Positions 17,885 to 27,148 of a stretch of DNA of 35,904 bases are shown here, in pieces. Within the stretch, counting starts at the first letter, position 1. Every line of letters starts with the position of its first letter. Origin of the DNA: a virus (lineage: Duplodnaviria; Caudoviricetes); IMG/VR virus record IMGVR_UViG_3300032250_000105, positions 1 to 35,904 of that record; one strand, 5' to 3'. A program made the translations under genes and the position numbers. Below the pieces are notes generated by a model. It was not told where the DNA came from. It did no database searches and worked only from the letters and a program-made list of their open reading frames with translations.

Positions 17885-19386
17885 TAGAATACGTAATAAG
17901 TTTAAAAGACCTCTTGACCTCTAAACTAAAAGAGGCCGAAACCGAAGCCGAAAAGCTAAACGAGAAAATGAGCGGCTTAGAGGGTATGGCTAAGAAAGTA
18001 GGCGCCGCAGTAGTCGCGGGTTTTGCCATTGATAAACTTAGCGAGTTTGGCAGCCATATCGTTAGTACATTGGGCGAGTTTGAGCGCTACGACGCAGTAT
18101 TAACCAACACCCTAGGCAGTAGCAGCGAAAGCAAAAAGATACTAGCCGAAATTACAGACTTTGCAAGTAAGACACCTTTTGCAGTTAACGAGTTAACCGA
18201 TAGCTACGTAAAACTAGCTAACCAAGGATTTAAGCCTACTATGAACGAAATGACTAAACTAGGCGACTTAGCAAGTAGCACGGGTAAGGGTTTCGGACAG
18301 TTAGGAGAGGCAATACTAGACGCGCAAAGCGGCGAATTTGAAAGGCTAAAAGAGTTTGGCGTAAAATCTTCAAAGCACGGCGACCAAGTAACCTTTACTT
18401 TTAAAGGTATGGCTACGACTGTAGACAATACAAGCGCCTCAATACAAAAATATTTATTAGGTCTAGGCGAGGCGCAAGGCGTAACGGGCGCAATGGCCGC
18501 AATATCTCAAACTACCGAGGGGCAAATTTCCAATTTAGACGACAACCTTAACAGTTTATATCTTACTTTAGGCACAGAGTTAAAGCCCGTAATAGCGGCG
18601 GTAATTTCGGGGCTAAGTGGCTTTGTAGACGTTATAAAAAATAGTATACATTGGCTTAAAGATAATCAAGATACGGTTAAGGCTTTCGCTATAACGGTAG
18701 GAGTATTAACTGTAGCTTATGGCGCCTATTGGGCTGCAACAAATACCGCCGCCATTTATGAAGGAATTTTAACCGCTCAAACTTGGTTACTTAATATTGC
18801 TATGAGTGCTAACCCTATTGGTATAGTAGTCGTAGCTATTGGGGCTTTTGTGGCTGCGATAGTGTACGCGTGGGAAAAGGTAGTAGGTTTTAGGGCCACA
18901 ATAACGGGCATTTGGGGCGTTATACGTGAGTTTGGTAGTATCATTACGGACGTTTTCGGCGGTATATGGAAAACTATACACGGCGTTTTTACATTTAATA
19001 AAGACGAGGTAGCGCAAGGCTTTGCACAGACTACCGACGCTATGAAAAACGCGGGCGTGCGTATGGCTACCGCATATAAAGAGGGTTACGACGGTGTAAT
19101 GGCCGACGACGCAAAGAAAAAAGCGGCAGAGAAAGAAAAGCCCGCAATGGCGCCAACTAAACCCGCAACAAAAGCGGCGGCAGCAACGGCAGCAAAAAAA
19201 GACACCTCGCCAAAAGGTGCAACGGGTACAAAATCAGTAACCATTAATATTTCAATAGGCAAACTAATAGAAACCTTTAAGGTACAAACTACCAATATGG
19301 GCGAGGGTGCGGGTAAGATAAAAGAAAAGGTAGCGGAAACTTTACTAGGTGCAATTAATGACAGTCAAATAGTAGCGGGTATATAA
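17872..19386 (+). CDS. Tape measure protein
   Basis: FASKTPF, TKLGDLASSTGK and GEFERLKEFG tape-measure motifs; ANPIGIVV hydrophobic segment. Confidence 0.92.
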   Translation: MANVIEYVISLKDLLTSKLKEAETEAEKLNEKMSGLEGMAKKVGAAVVAGFAIDKLSEFGSHIVSTLGEFERYDAVLTNTLGSSSESKKILAEITDFASKTPFAVNELTDSYVKLANQGFKPTMNEMTKLGDLASSTGKGFGQLGEAILDAQSGEFERLKEFGVKSSKHGDQVTFTFKGMATTVDNTSASIQKYLLGLGEAQGVTGAMAAISQTTEGQISNLDDNLNSLYLTLGTELKPVIAAVISGLSGFVDVIKNSIHWLKDNQDTVKAFAITVGVLTVAYGAYWAATNTAAIYEGILTAQTWLLNIAMSANPIGIVVVAIGAFVAAIVYAWEKVVGFRATITGIWGVIREFGSIITDVFGGIWKTIHGVFTFNKDEVAQGFAQTTDAMKNAGVRMATAYKEGYDGVMADDAKKKAAEKEKPAMAPTKPATKAAAATAAKKDTSPKGATGTKSVTINISIGKLIETFKVQTTNMGEGAGKIKEKVAETLLGAINDSQIVAGI

Positions 19387-19393
19387 TTTAATT

Positions 19394-20026
19394 ATGAGTA
19401 CTTTTAATAAGATTAATACAACCTTTCCAATTATCGCGACTACGGGCGCTTTAATTAGGGCCTTTAACTTACAAAACGTAAGAGTACCCGACGTAAGAAA
19501 AAACGAGTACGATACTAGCAAGCTAGCTACCAACTACGTAGAGGGCGACCCAAAGCTATACGATAGCGTTTTAGGTACGCCCGTTTTTGCTGACGTAACG
19601 CTAAAGGGTGGCAGTTATACGGATATAATTACTAACAAGGTAGTAACCTACCCCGAGTTAAGATATGACGCCGTTTTACTTACTATTGATTTTGCGGCCC
19701 GTATTATTAAAACAGAAATACAAGGCCGTAACGGTACGGTAAAAGAATACATAGGCGAGGACGACGCCAAGATAAGCATACAAGGTATAATTTGTGGTAC
19801 TAACGGACACTACCCCGCTTTTGAGGTAGCGCAGTTAAACGATTGGCGGAGGGCGCCCGTATCTAAAGCCGTAGTAAGTACATTTTTGCAAAATTTAGGT
19901 ATAGACAGTTTAGTAGTAGAAGATTTTAGCCTACCGCAAGTAGCGGGCGGTTACTCGTACCAAACTTTTACTATTAGCTGCGTAAGTGATTTACCCGTAG
20001 AGTTAAAAATAAGTAATAATGTTTAG
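19394..20026 (+). CDS. DUF6046-like tail tube initiator/baseplate protein
   Basis: IIKTEIQGRNGTVKEYIGEDDAKISIQG motif; follows the tape measure. Confidence 0.75.
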   Translation: MSTFNKINTTFPIIATTGALIRAFNLQNVRVPDVRKNEYDTSKLATNYVEGDPKLYDSVLGTPVFADVTLKGGSYTDIITNKVVTYPELRYDAVLLTIDFAARIIKTEIQGRNGTVKEYIGEDDAKISIQGIICGTNGHYPAFEVAQLNDWRRAPVSKAVVSTFLQNLGIDSLVVEDFSLPQVAGGYSYQTFTISCVSDLPVELKISNNV

Positions 20027-21212
20027 GTGCATAACCGAAATAACGATAAAACAAAATAGCGAAGGCCGTAATAAAAGCCTTTTTTTTGACTTTGTTAACG
20101 AGTTTGAGGCTAGTGATACGTGGGTAGATTTAACTAACCAAGCTACCGTTAAGTTTCCTAAAAACATTTACGTACGCGACGAAAACGGCAAGCTATTCCC
20201 GTTAGGCGGAGATAACAAAAGTATAGGCGGTTTTAGCAACGAAACGCCACTTTTTTTAAAAGGCGATTTAATTAGTATAAATTTTGGTTATTGGTATTTT
20301 GACAAACTAGGAAACGAAAAAAGAGAACTACCGCAAGAGCCAATATTTAAAGGCTACATAACTGAGGTAATAAGTAAAAAGCCTATCGAGTTAAAGTGCG
20401 AAGATAATATGTGGAAACTAAAACAGATTAGCGCACCTAATAAACTATTTCCTCAAAAATCCTATACTTGGGAAGCCATTTTAAAAGAATTATTAACGGG
20501 TACGGGTTTTACTGTAAATGCTTTAACTAGTACGCGTATTGGCGATTTTAGAACGCAAAACGAAACCGTAGCGCAAGTAATTGAGCGGGTAAGAAAAGAT
20601 TTTCATTTAGAGGCCTATTTTAGAGGCAACGAGTTAAGGTGCGGCGCTAAGGTTTACGTAGATAGCGACAACATAGTAAACGGCGTAGAGGTGGCTAATA
20701 CATTCGTATTTCAAGAGAATATAATAAGCGACGACCTAGCCTATAAAAGAAAAGACGACACCATATTAAGCGCGGTATGTTACTCAGTCAATAAGTTTGA
20801 ATTAAACACAACAACTAAGACGGGTAAAACCAAAACAAAAAACGAGCGCCTAGAGATTTTAGTATATTGGGATAAGAAACTAAACGAGTTTAAATTTCAG
20901 AAAAAAGAGAAAGGCAAAGAGTACCCCCAAAACGTAGAGGGCGAGCGTAGAAGCCTTTACTTTTGGGATATTAATAACGTTAACGACCTTTTTGCTAAAG
21001 GCGTAGACGAGTTAAAAAAGTTTTACTATACGGGTTTTAAAGGTAAGTTTACTACGTTTGCTATACCGTATATAAGACAAGGCAATAACATTTATATAAA
21101 AGATAACGTACTACCCGAGCGTAACGGAAAATACAAAGTAAAAGGCGTAAATTATTCGGGCGGTACTAGTGGGCATAGGCAAGAGATAATACTAGACTAT
21201 AAAATAAGTTAA
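20019..21212 (+). CDS. Baseplate hub (P2 gpD / Mu gp44-like)
   Basis: FKGYIT, LKCEDNMWKLK and GFKGKFTTF motifs; C-terminal GKYKVKGVNYSGG. Confidence 0.8.
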   Translation: MFRCITEITIKQNSEGRNKSLFFDFVNEFEASDTWVDLTNQATVKFPKNIYVRDENGKLFPLGGDNKSIGGFSNETPLFLKGDLISINFGYWYFDKLGNEKRELPQEPIFKGYITEVISKKPIELKCEDNMWKLKQISAPNKLFPQKSYTWEAILKELLTGTGFTVNALTSTRIGDFRTQNETVAQVIERVRKDFHLEAYFRGNELRCGAKVYVDSDNIVNGVEVANTFVFQENIISDDLAYKRKDDTILSAVCYSVNKFELNTTTKTGKTKTKNERLEILVYWDKKLNEFKFQKKEKGKEYPQNVEGERRSLYFWDINNVNDLFAKGVDELKKFYYTGFKGKFTTFAIPYIRQGNNIYIKDNVLPERNGKYKVKGVNYSGGTSGHRQEIILDYKIS

Positions 21213-21754
21213 TGAACGCTAACTACGATAGGAGTATAATAGCCTCGGTGCAAAAAATGACGGGAACGTATAACATAGATACGGTTTACCTAGTTACGGG
21301 TAACGTATTAAGTGTAGACGAGGCGGCGGGTACTTGTAGCGTAGAGGCTATTAGCGGTAATGCTGCGACTAATATAGACGGCGTAGAGTTTCAAACCGTA
21401 ATAGCTGACGGGGTGCTAATTATACCTAAAATAGATAGCGAGGTAAAAGTACTTTTTAGTAAATATACTACCCCTTTTATTGTACAATATAGCGAGGTAG
21501 ATAAGATTTATTTAGGCGCTGAGTTAGTACAATTTAACGACGGCAACCTAGGCGGTATGGTAAAAGTAATAGACCTTACGACCAAGTTAAACAACTTAGA
21601 GAATAAGGTAAACGATATACTAACGGCTTTTAACGCCCATACACATACTAGCACCGCGCCAAGTACACCAACAACGCCGCCACTAGCACCGATAGTGGGA
21701 ACGTTAACACCGACACAACAAACAGACATAGAAAACACTTTAATAGTACAATAA
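21212..21754 (+). CDS. Baseplate spike (gpV / gp45-like)
   Basis: OB-fold-like N-terminus (IIPKIDSEV) and a C-terminal FNAHTH HxH metal-binding tip motif. Confidence 0.8.
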   Translation: MNANYDRSIIASVQKMTGTYNIDTVYLVTGNVLSVDEAAGTCSVEAISGNAATNIDGVEFQTVIADGVLIIPKIDSEVKVLFSKYTTPFIVQYSEVDKIYLGAELVQFNDGNLGGMVKVIDLTTKLNNLENKVNDILTAFNAHTHTSTAPSTPTTPPLAPIVGTLTPTQQTDIENTLIVQ

Positions 21755-22062
21755 TGCCGATTAGATACGATATAGGACTAGACAACAACGAGCCGATATT
21801 TAATAACGGCGATTTTGTAGTAACTGAAAGCGACACGCAACACATAGTAGACACCGTTAACGCCTTTGCGGGGTGGTGGAAAGAAAACCCGCTAGACGGG
21901 GTAGGTATAATGGGTTATAGCAAGGCGCCCGCAGTTATACAAGAGATTAACCGAAAATGTAGAATAGAAATTGAAAGCGACGGATATAAGATTAAAGCGC
22001 CTATGGTTACTTTAAGCCCGTCGGGAATATTAACAATACAACCTAACGCAGAGTATGCTTAA
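21754..22062 (+). CDS. Baseplate wedge (gp25 / gp46-like)
   Basis: GDFVVTES and GWWKENPLDGVGI motifs; follows the spike gene. Confidence 0.72.
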   Translation: MPIRYDIGLDNNEPIFNNGDFVVTESDTQHIVDTVNAFAGWWKENPLDGVGIMGYSKAPAVIQEINRKCRIEIESDGYKIKAPMVTLSPSGILTIQPNAEYA

Positions 22063-22603
22063 TTATTACGCAGTTTATGGGCAGAGTTTGCCCGATATAT
22101 GCCTAAATACCTACGGTAGTATGGACTACTTTTATAAGCTATTACAAGATAGCGGCATAGCAGACGCTAACCAAGAGCCGTACACGGGCCAACTATTTGT
22201 ATACGACCCTACCGTAATAGTAGACATATCGGTAAACCGTACAACGACTTTAAATAACATTAGATACGCCACGGCTAACGCGGGCAATGGTAACACTTAT
22301 TATATAGTAACGGGCGGTAGTACACCAAAACCAAATAACCCGCCGCCACAACCCCCAACCATTTACAATATGTACGAGAAAGTAAGCGCCTTAAATTATA
22401 CGTCTACGTCAGACACGGGCGAAACGTCAATAGTTATACCAACTTTAACGGGTAAGACCATAGTACAAATAGAAAGGAATATACAACCCTACAAGACTAG
22501 CGAGTGGTCTTTTAACAAAACAACGGCCACGCTTACACTAACCGAGCCAATTTTTAAAGACGAAACGTTATTTATTATTTACAAAGAAATGATTACAATA
22601 TGA
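22055..22603 (+). CDS. LysM / tail X-like baseplate protein with a C-terminal extra domain
   Basis: GQSLPDICLNTYGS N-terminus, a Pro-rich linker and a second beta-rich domain. Confidence 0.65.
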   Translation: MLNYYAVYGQSLPDICLNTYGSMDYFYKLLQDSGIADANQEPYTGQLFVYDPTVIVDISVNRTTTLNNIRYATANAGNGNTYYIVTGGSTPKPNNPPPQPPTIYNMYEKVSALNYTSTSDTGETSIVIPTLTGKTIVQIERNIQPYKTSEWSFNKTTATLTLTEPIFKDETLFIIYKEMITI

Positions 22604-25011
22604 GAAAGTTTTTATTTTTCGCCTTTCTAATTATATCTACTACGGCCTCGGCTCAATGGACTATAATAAACGGTAAGCAAAGGTTTGCTAAAGGCTTGGG
22701 AATACCTACACTAGACACAATACACACCGAAATACCTAACGATAGTAGCCAAATGGTATTAAGACCGCAAGATAGTACGATATGGTATAGATATAAGGGC
22801 AAATGGTTAACGTTTGGAGGCGGTAGTACGATAGATACTACCAATAGATTTGTAAATAACGTTACGTCGGTTAACGATAGTACTATAAGGGTTTACAAAG
22901 GTGCTACAAGTACTACCATAACAGTAAGGCCAACATTACCAACATATACGCCTACTATTGTACCTTATGCAAATGCTAGCGGCGTGTTAACGGGTGCGCT
23001 AGCTGACTTAAAATATACAAGCAATACGCTTTATATAGGTTCTACGGGTGCTATAGGTACTCAACACGCTTTAGACTTAAATAACGGACGCGCGACTATA
23101 TACGGGAATTTTAACGGTATGCGACTTAACGTTGGTAGCGGTACTACGGGAGTAGTAGACCCGTCAAAATCATTTTCTTTTTACAATAAAGGAACTAGAT
23201 ACGCATACATAACTACTGTAGGTAGCGGAACGTTAGGGCAAGACCCGCCATTTACGCATAAATTTATTTTAGATAGCGCCAATTTATACGTACCACGGTT
23301 TGGCGGTACTAGCGATAGTATGGCAATATTTGAAGCTACAACGGGCAAAATAAAAGCTATGGCAATACCAAGCGCGGGAACGCAAGACCTACAAAGCGTT
23401 TTAAATGTTGGAGAATATGCTAACGATAAAAATATATATTTAAGAGATGCGCTAGGGAATAATATAGATATAACTACGCCTTACGGAATATCTTACTATA
23501 CGTCGCCTTTTAATGGCAATAGAATGTATGTAGACCAACTAGAAATACAAAAAAGCAGCAATTCAAGACAAGTTAACTTAACTACTGAGTTGTTAAAATG
23601 GACTAATACCTCAAATGGTAACCAAGTTTCTTTATATCCAAGCGCTACATTTTCTAATCAAAAAGACACTTTACCTACTACCTCGGGAGTGTTAGCTATT
23701 TCGGTAAATGGAGTAAAAGCTAATACCTCGGGTAATATTGTTTTAACTACGGGCAGCGGTACGGTAACTAGCGTAGCTACGGGTTACGGTTTAAGCGGGG
23801 GTACTATAACTACTAGTGGTACGCTTTTAGTAGATAGTGCTACTTTATCTACTAAGTATTTAAGAATAGTAGACACTACAAACAAATGGGTTAATAGTGT
23901 TAGTCAGCCAAACGATAGTACAATACGAGTAATAAAAGGCGGCACTACTAGCGATTATATTATAAGGGCAAGCGTTGCGGGTATTGCTACTAGATTAATT
24001 ACCCAAGTTTACAATAATAGCGGCGCTACTATCGCTAAAGGTAGTATAGTTTATATTAACGGCGCACACTCTAGCAACTTGCCTACTATTTTAAAAGCCC
24101 AAGCAAATACCGAAGCTACTAGCGCTTATACTTATGGGTTAGTAGAAACCGATATAGCAAACAATAGCAGCGGCACGGTTATACAAAATGGCGCTATAAC
24201 TAATCTAAATTTACCTACGTCTAGTTATACAGACGGGCAAACTTTATATTTAAGCCCAACAGTAGCGGGAGGCTATACAACTACTAAACCTTTAGCCCCT
24301 TATCATTATGTAGCTATTGGTACAGTAACTAGAGCGCACCCTAATTTTGGTACTATTCAAATAGCGGTAAGAAATGGTTTTCAGTTAGACGAAATGAGCG
24401 ACGTATCTATAGCTTTAACGCCCGCAGATAGCACACTATTACAGTTTAGCCGTGTAGATAGTTTATGGCACGACGTTAGCGTGGTAAATGCAATAGGTAA
24501 CAAGTATATAAAACCTAGCGATACGTCGGTATTTCAGCGTAAAAGTTTATCGGCTTATACAGTAATGGCAAACAATACCGCAGCAACGGCTAACGCTACG
24601 GCTATAACTTATAGAGATAACGCAGAGGCAGCCTATACGGGTAGTATTACTTGGTCAAGTGGTACGGCGCCGTCGGGTACTACTAACCACCGCTATAAGT
24701 GGTCGCAGATAGGCAAAACGGTTACTTTATCTATTATGTTAAACTATGGTACGGCGGGAGTAGGTAACACGGGCGTAGTAATGGCTTTGCCTAGTGATTG
24801 CCCCGCGCCTTTAAATTGGAACGGGTGGGCTACTAGCTCAGATATGATAAGCACGGCGTGGGGTTTTATTGGTGCTAATACCGCAACACCTACAACGGGT
24901 AGAGCGATTTTAGCTAATAACGCAAGTAATACGGGTTATAATATTACTATATCGTCGTCTAGTACGGCGTCTAGAACTGCGGGCTTTACATTAACTTATT
25001 TTACACCTTAA
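22600..25011 (+). CDS. Large Thr/Ser/Gly-rich fibre- or adhesin-like protein with a predicted Sec signal peptide
   Basis: N-terminus MRKFLFFAFLIISTTASA-Q; internal duplication; GTVTSVATGYGLSGGTIT and GQTLYLSPTVAGG fibre-type motifs. Confidence 0.75.
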   Translation: MRKFLFFAFLIISTTASAQWTIINGKQRFAKGLGIPTLDTIHTEIPNDSSQMVLRPQDSTIWYRYKGKWLTFGGGSTIDTTNRFVNNVTSVNDSTIRVYKGATSTTITVRPTLPTYTPTIVPYANASGVLTGALADLKYTSNTLYIGSTGAIGTQHALDLNNGRATIYGNFNGMRLNVGSGTTGVVDPSKSFSFYNKGTRYAYITTVGSGTLGQDPPFTHKFILDSANLYVPRFGGTSDSMAIFEATTGKIKAMAIPSAGTQDLQSVLNVGEYANDKNIYLRDALGNNIDITTPYGISYYTSPFNGNRMYVDQLEIQKSSNSRQVNLTTELLKWTNTSNGNQVSLYPSATFSNQKDTLPTTSGVLAISVNGVKANTSGNIVLTTGSGTVTSVATGYGLSGGTITTSGTLLVDSATLSTKYLRIVDTTNKWVNSVSQPNDSTIRVIKGGTTSDYIIRASVAGIATRLITQVYNNSGATIAKGSIVYINGAHSSNLPTILKAQANTEATSAYTYGLVETDIANNSSGTVIQNGAITNLNLPTSSYTDGQTLYLSPTVAGGYTTTKPLAPYHYVAIGTVTRAHPNFGTIQIAVRNGFQLDEMSDVSIALTPADSTLLQFSRVDSLWHDVSVVNAIGNKYIKPSDTSVFQRKSLSAYTVMANNTAATANATAITYRDNAEAAYTGSITWSSGTAPSGTTNHRYKWSQIGKTVTLSIMLNYGTAGVGNTGVVMALPSDCPAPLNWNGWATSSDMISTAWGFIGANTATPTTGRAILANNASNTGYNITISSSSTASRTAGFTLTYFTP

Positions 25012-25013
25012 TT

Positions 25014-25184
25014 ATGTTACACATTAGACAGAAAAATAGCGTAGGTACGGACAGTTATACTATTGTAATTACTGACGATTGGAATGAGCCACTAGAGCAA
25101 CACCCTAGCATAGTAGAGCGCCCCGAAGATTTTGAAATAGTAGACTGCGAGCCGCCCGCATACGTGCAATATTTAAAATATTAG
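25014..25184 (+). CDS. Small acidic protein (56 aa), possible fibre chaperone
   Basis: MLHIRQKNSVGTDSYTIVITDDWNEPLEQHPSIVERPEDFEIVDCEPPAYVQYLKY; starts 2 nt after the fibre gene stop. Confidence 0.6.
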   Translation: MLHIRQKNSVGTDSYTIVITDDWNEPLEQHPSIVERPEDFEIVDCEPPAYVQYLKY

Positions 25185-25220
25185 TATATACACAATGGGT
25201 TACTAAATTGTCTATTTAAT

Positions 25221-25228
25221 TAAGTTTG
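25221..25228 (+). promoter_or_regulatory. Bacteroidota -7 promoter element (TAAGTTTG) before the lysis genes
   Basis: Consensus match in the intergenic gap; no -33 element. Confidence 0.4.
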
Positions 25229-25244
25229 GTAGCAAATTTGAACT

Positions 25245-25439
25245 ATGATAGACAAACGTACACCTATGACACACCATTTTGACAATAAATTTGACTTGTT
25301 AGCCGTTTGGTTATTTAGTAGCTTATCCTTTATGACTATGAATAACTTAGTTGGCTTTTTTGCTATATTGGCTAGTTTGGTTTCTATTGTAAAGGCTTTG
25401 CCTAGCATTATTAGAGATTTTAAAAAATTAATGAAATGA
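25245..25439 (+). CDS. Small membrane protein, holin or antiholin candidate
   Basis: Hydrophobic segments and a basic C-terminus; first gene of the lysis cluster. Confidence 0.6.
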   Translation: MIDKRTPMTHHFDNKFDLLAVWLFSSLSFMTMNNLVGFFAILASLVSIVKALPSIIRDFKKLMK

Positions 25440-25612
25440 GCAACATAAAAACGACAGTAGCGGGCTTAATCTTAGCCGTGTTAGTAGTAATACAACCAAT
25501 AGTAGAGGGCGTGGGTTATCATTTAGACGCGGCTACCATTGGTAAAATTATTTTTGCTGCGGCATTAGCTGCGCTCGGTTACTTATCAAAAGACCATAAT
25601 AACAATGCGTAG
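25436..25612 (+). CDS. Two-TM holin candidate (58 aa)
   Basis: MSNIKTTVAGLILAVLVVIQPIVEGVGYHLDAATIGKIIFAAALAALGYLSKDHNNNA; ATGA-coupled; absent from the ORF track. Confidence 0.7.
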   Translation: MSNIKTTVAGLILAVLVVIQPIVEGVGYHLDAATIGKIIFAAALAALGYLSKDHNNNA

Positions 25613-26102
25613 TATTATACTATTGATATTTTTAAGTAGTTGTTTGACTTCAAAAAAAGTAGACAAGTACCTAGATAAACACCCCGAATTTTCAGCCAAA
25701 GATTGCGCCGATAGATACCCCGTATATGTAGACACGATAGTAAATTATAATTGGGATACTATAAGCGTACCCGATATTAAGATAATAAGAGATAGCCAAG
25801 ACCGCGTTATAATCAAAAAAGTACCACAACTAAAATTAGTTGTAAAAACTGTTACAATAACTAAAGAAAACACCGCCAAGGCTCAATATATTCAAACGGT
25901 AAAAACTAAAGATAGTTTAGCATTTACTAAGGCCGTTACTAACCTTTCAAACCAATTAACCCAACTTAAAGCGGACGTATCAAACAAAGAAACCAAAATA
26001 AAGGTTTTAAAAGGCGAGCGCTTTAAGTATTGGTTAATTATTTTACTACTAACCCTATTACTAATTCGTAAACCTATTTCAAGGCTTATTACGAGGGTTT
26101 AA
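25605..26102 (+). CDS. Unimolecular spanin candidate
   Basis: N-terminal lipobox (LSSC) plus C-terminal TM segment (YWLIILLLTLLLI), next to the endolysin. Confidence 0.72.
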   Translation: MRSIILLIFLSSCLTSKKVDKYLDKHPEFSAKDCADRYPVYVDTIVNYNWDTISVPDIKIIRDSQDRVIIKKVPQLKLVVKTVTITKENTAKAQYIQTVKTKDSLAFTKAVTNLSNQLTQLKADVSNKETKIKVLKGERFKYWLIILLLTLLLIRKPISRLITRV

Positions 26103-26115
26103 CTAACTTAGGCTT

Positions 26116-26760
26116 ATGTTTGTACTCAACGGCGATATTTTACTAAAAATAGCCCCTAAAATGGGTAAAGACTTAGCCGACAAAATAGCCGACCTACTTA
26201 CTGAGGTTTGCCCATTGTACGGGATAAATTCGGCAGATATACTACACGAGTTTCTAGCTAACCTTTTACACGAAAGCGGCGAATTTTCACACAAAACCGA
26301 GGTACTTAATTACACACCTAAACGACTTATGCAAGTTTGGCCCGCACGTTTTCGCGATTACGAAAAGGCCCTAAAGTATAGCCAAAACCAAAAACTATTA
26401 GCTGAGGAGGTTTACGGTAACCGTCGCGACCTTGGGAATATACAAGCGGGCGACGGGTGGCGGTTTCGTGGTAGTGGTTTTATCCAAATGACGGGGCGGC
26501 TAAACTTTGTCGCCTTTGCGTCGTATATGCGCCAAAAATTAAACATAGTTAAACCGTTGGACGTATGGGCAGACGAGTTAAGAAATAACGACGTATGGGC
26601 CTTGCATAGCGCTTGCTACATTTTTGCGATTAGTAAAGACCTTATAAAAGCCGCCCTAGCTAATAATATGACTTTAATAGTAAAAAAAATTAACGGCGGT
26701 ATAATTGGGCTAGACGAGCGCCAAGCCTACTACGAACTTTGTAAAAAATACATTAAATAA
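26116..26760 (+). CDS. Glycoside hydrolase family 19 endolysin
   Basis: FLANLLHESG, LGNIQAGDGWRFRGSGFIQMTGR and INGG motifs. Confidence 0.92.
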   Translation: MFVLNGDILLKIAPKMGKDLADKIADLLTEVCPLYGINSADILHEFLANLLHESGEFSHKTEVLNYTPKRLMQVWPARFRDYEKALKYSQNQKLLAEEVYGNRRDLGNIQAGDGWRFRGSGFIQMTGRLNFVAFASYMRQKLNIVKPLDVWADELRNNDVWALHSACYIFAISKDLIKAALANNMTLIVKKINGGIIGLDERQAYYELCKKYIK

Positions 26761-26783
26761 CTACCCCACTTTATACATATATC

Positions 26784-26807
26784 GCCCCCATTTATTGGGG
26801 GTTTTTT
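26784..26807 (+). terminator. Intrinsic terminator at the end of the late operon
   Basis: GCCCCCA-TTTAT-TGGGGGT followed by a T run. Confidence 0.85.
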
Positions 26808-26872
26808 ACTTTTATGTTGATTGATGTTTTTATGAATAAATTATCCTAGTGTTGGCCAAACGCGAAAACCAC

Positions 26873-26905
26873 GCCCCTATATTTCTATATCGGGGGCTTT
26901 TTTTT
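26873..26905 (+). terminator. Second intrinsic terminator (loop TTTCTA)
   Basis: GCCCCTATA-TTTCTA-TATCGGGGGC followed by T8. Confidence 0.8.
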
Positions 26906-26907
26906 CC

Positions 26908-27001
26908 TATATTTGCACCGTGTAGATTTACAGTTTTTTTTAGTTTTGCATCTGAATTAGTTTAATTTACCCCGAGCGTTTCCACGTTTGGGGTTTTTTT
27001 T
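26908..27001 (+). ncRNA. Candidate small RNA unit: -7 element, U-rich body of about 80 nt, terminator
   Basis: TATATTTG at 26908-26915; no ORF; ends in ACCCCGAGCG-TTTCCA-CGTTTGGGGT plus a T run, with two G-U pairs favouring the + strand. Confidence 0.5.
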
Positions 27002-27063
27002 GTCTTTTTTTTTAATTTTTTTTCTCAGTATTGGCGAGGGTTTCAAAGGTTTTTTATCTTTTT

Positions 27064-27117
27064 TTTGAAAATTCTTTGAAAAATGTTTTGTAGTTTCAAA
27101 AAGGCGGTATATATTTG
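27064..27117 (+). promoter_or_regulatory. Strong early promoter P1
   Basis: TTTG (27087-27090), 19 nt, TATATTTG (27110-27117); preceded by 11-bp phased TTTGAAAA repeats. Confidence 0.9.
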
Positions 27118-27148
27118 CTCTATCAATAACAACTAAAAAACTAAAAAA

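Noticed and set aside
11121-25011. Diversity-generating retroelement or invertible fibre cassette
   Set aside because: No reverse transcriptase or invertase gene, and I noticed no template/variable repeat pair differing at adenines.
26761-27148. CRISPR mini-array or tRNA in the long intergenic region
   Set aside because: The hairpins are not identical direct repeats with regular spacers, and I see no cloverleaf or T-loop consensus.
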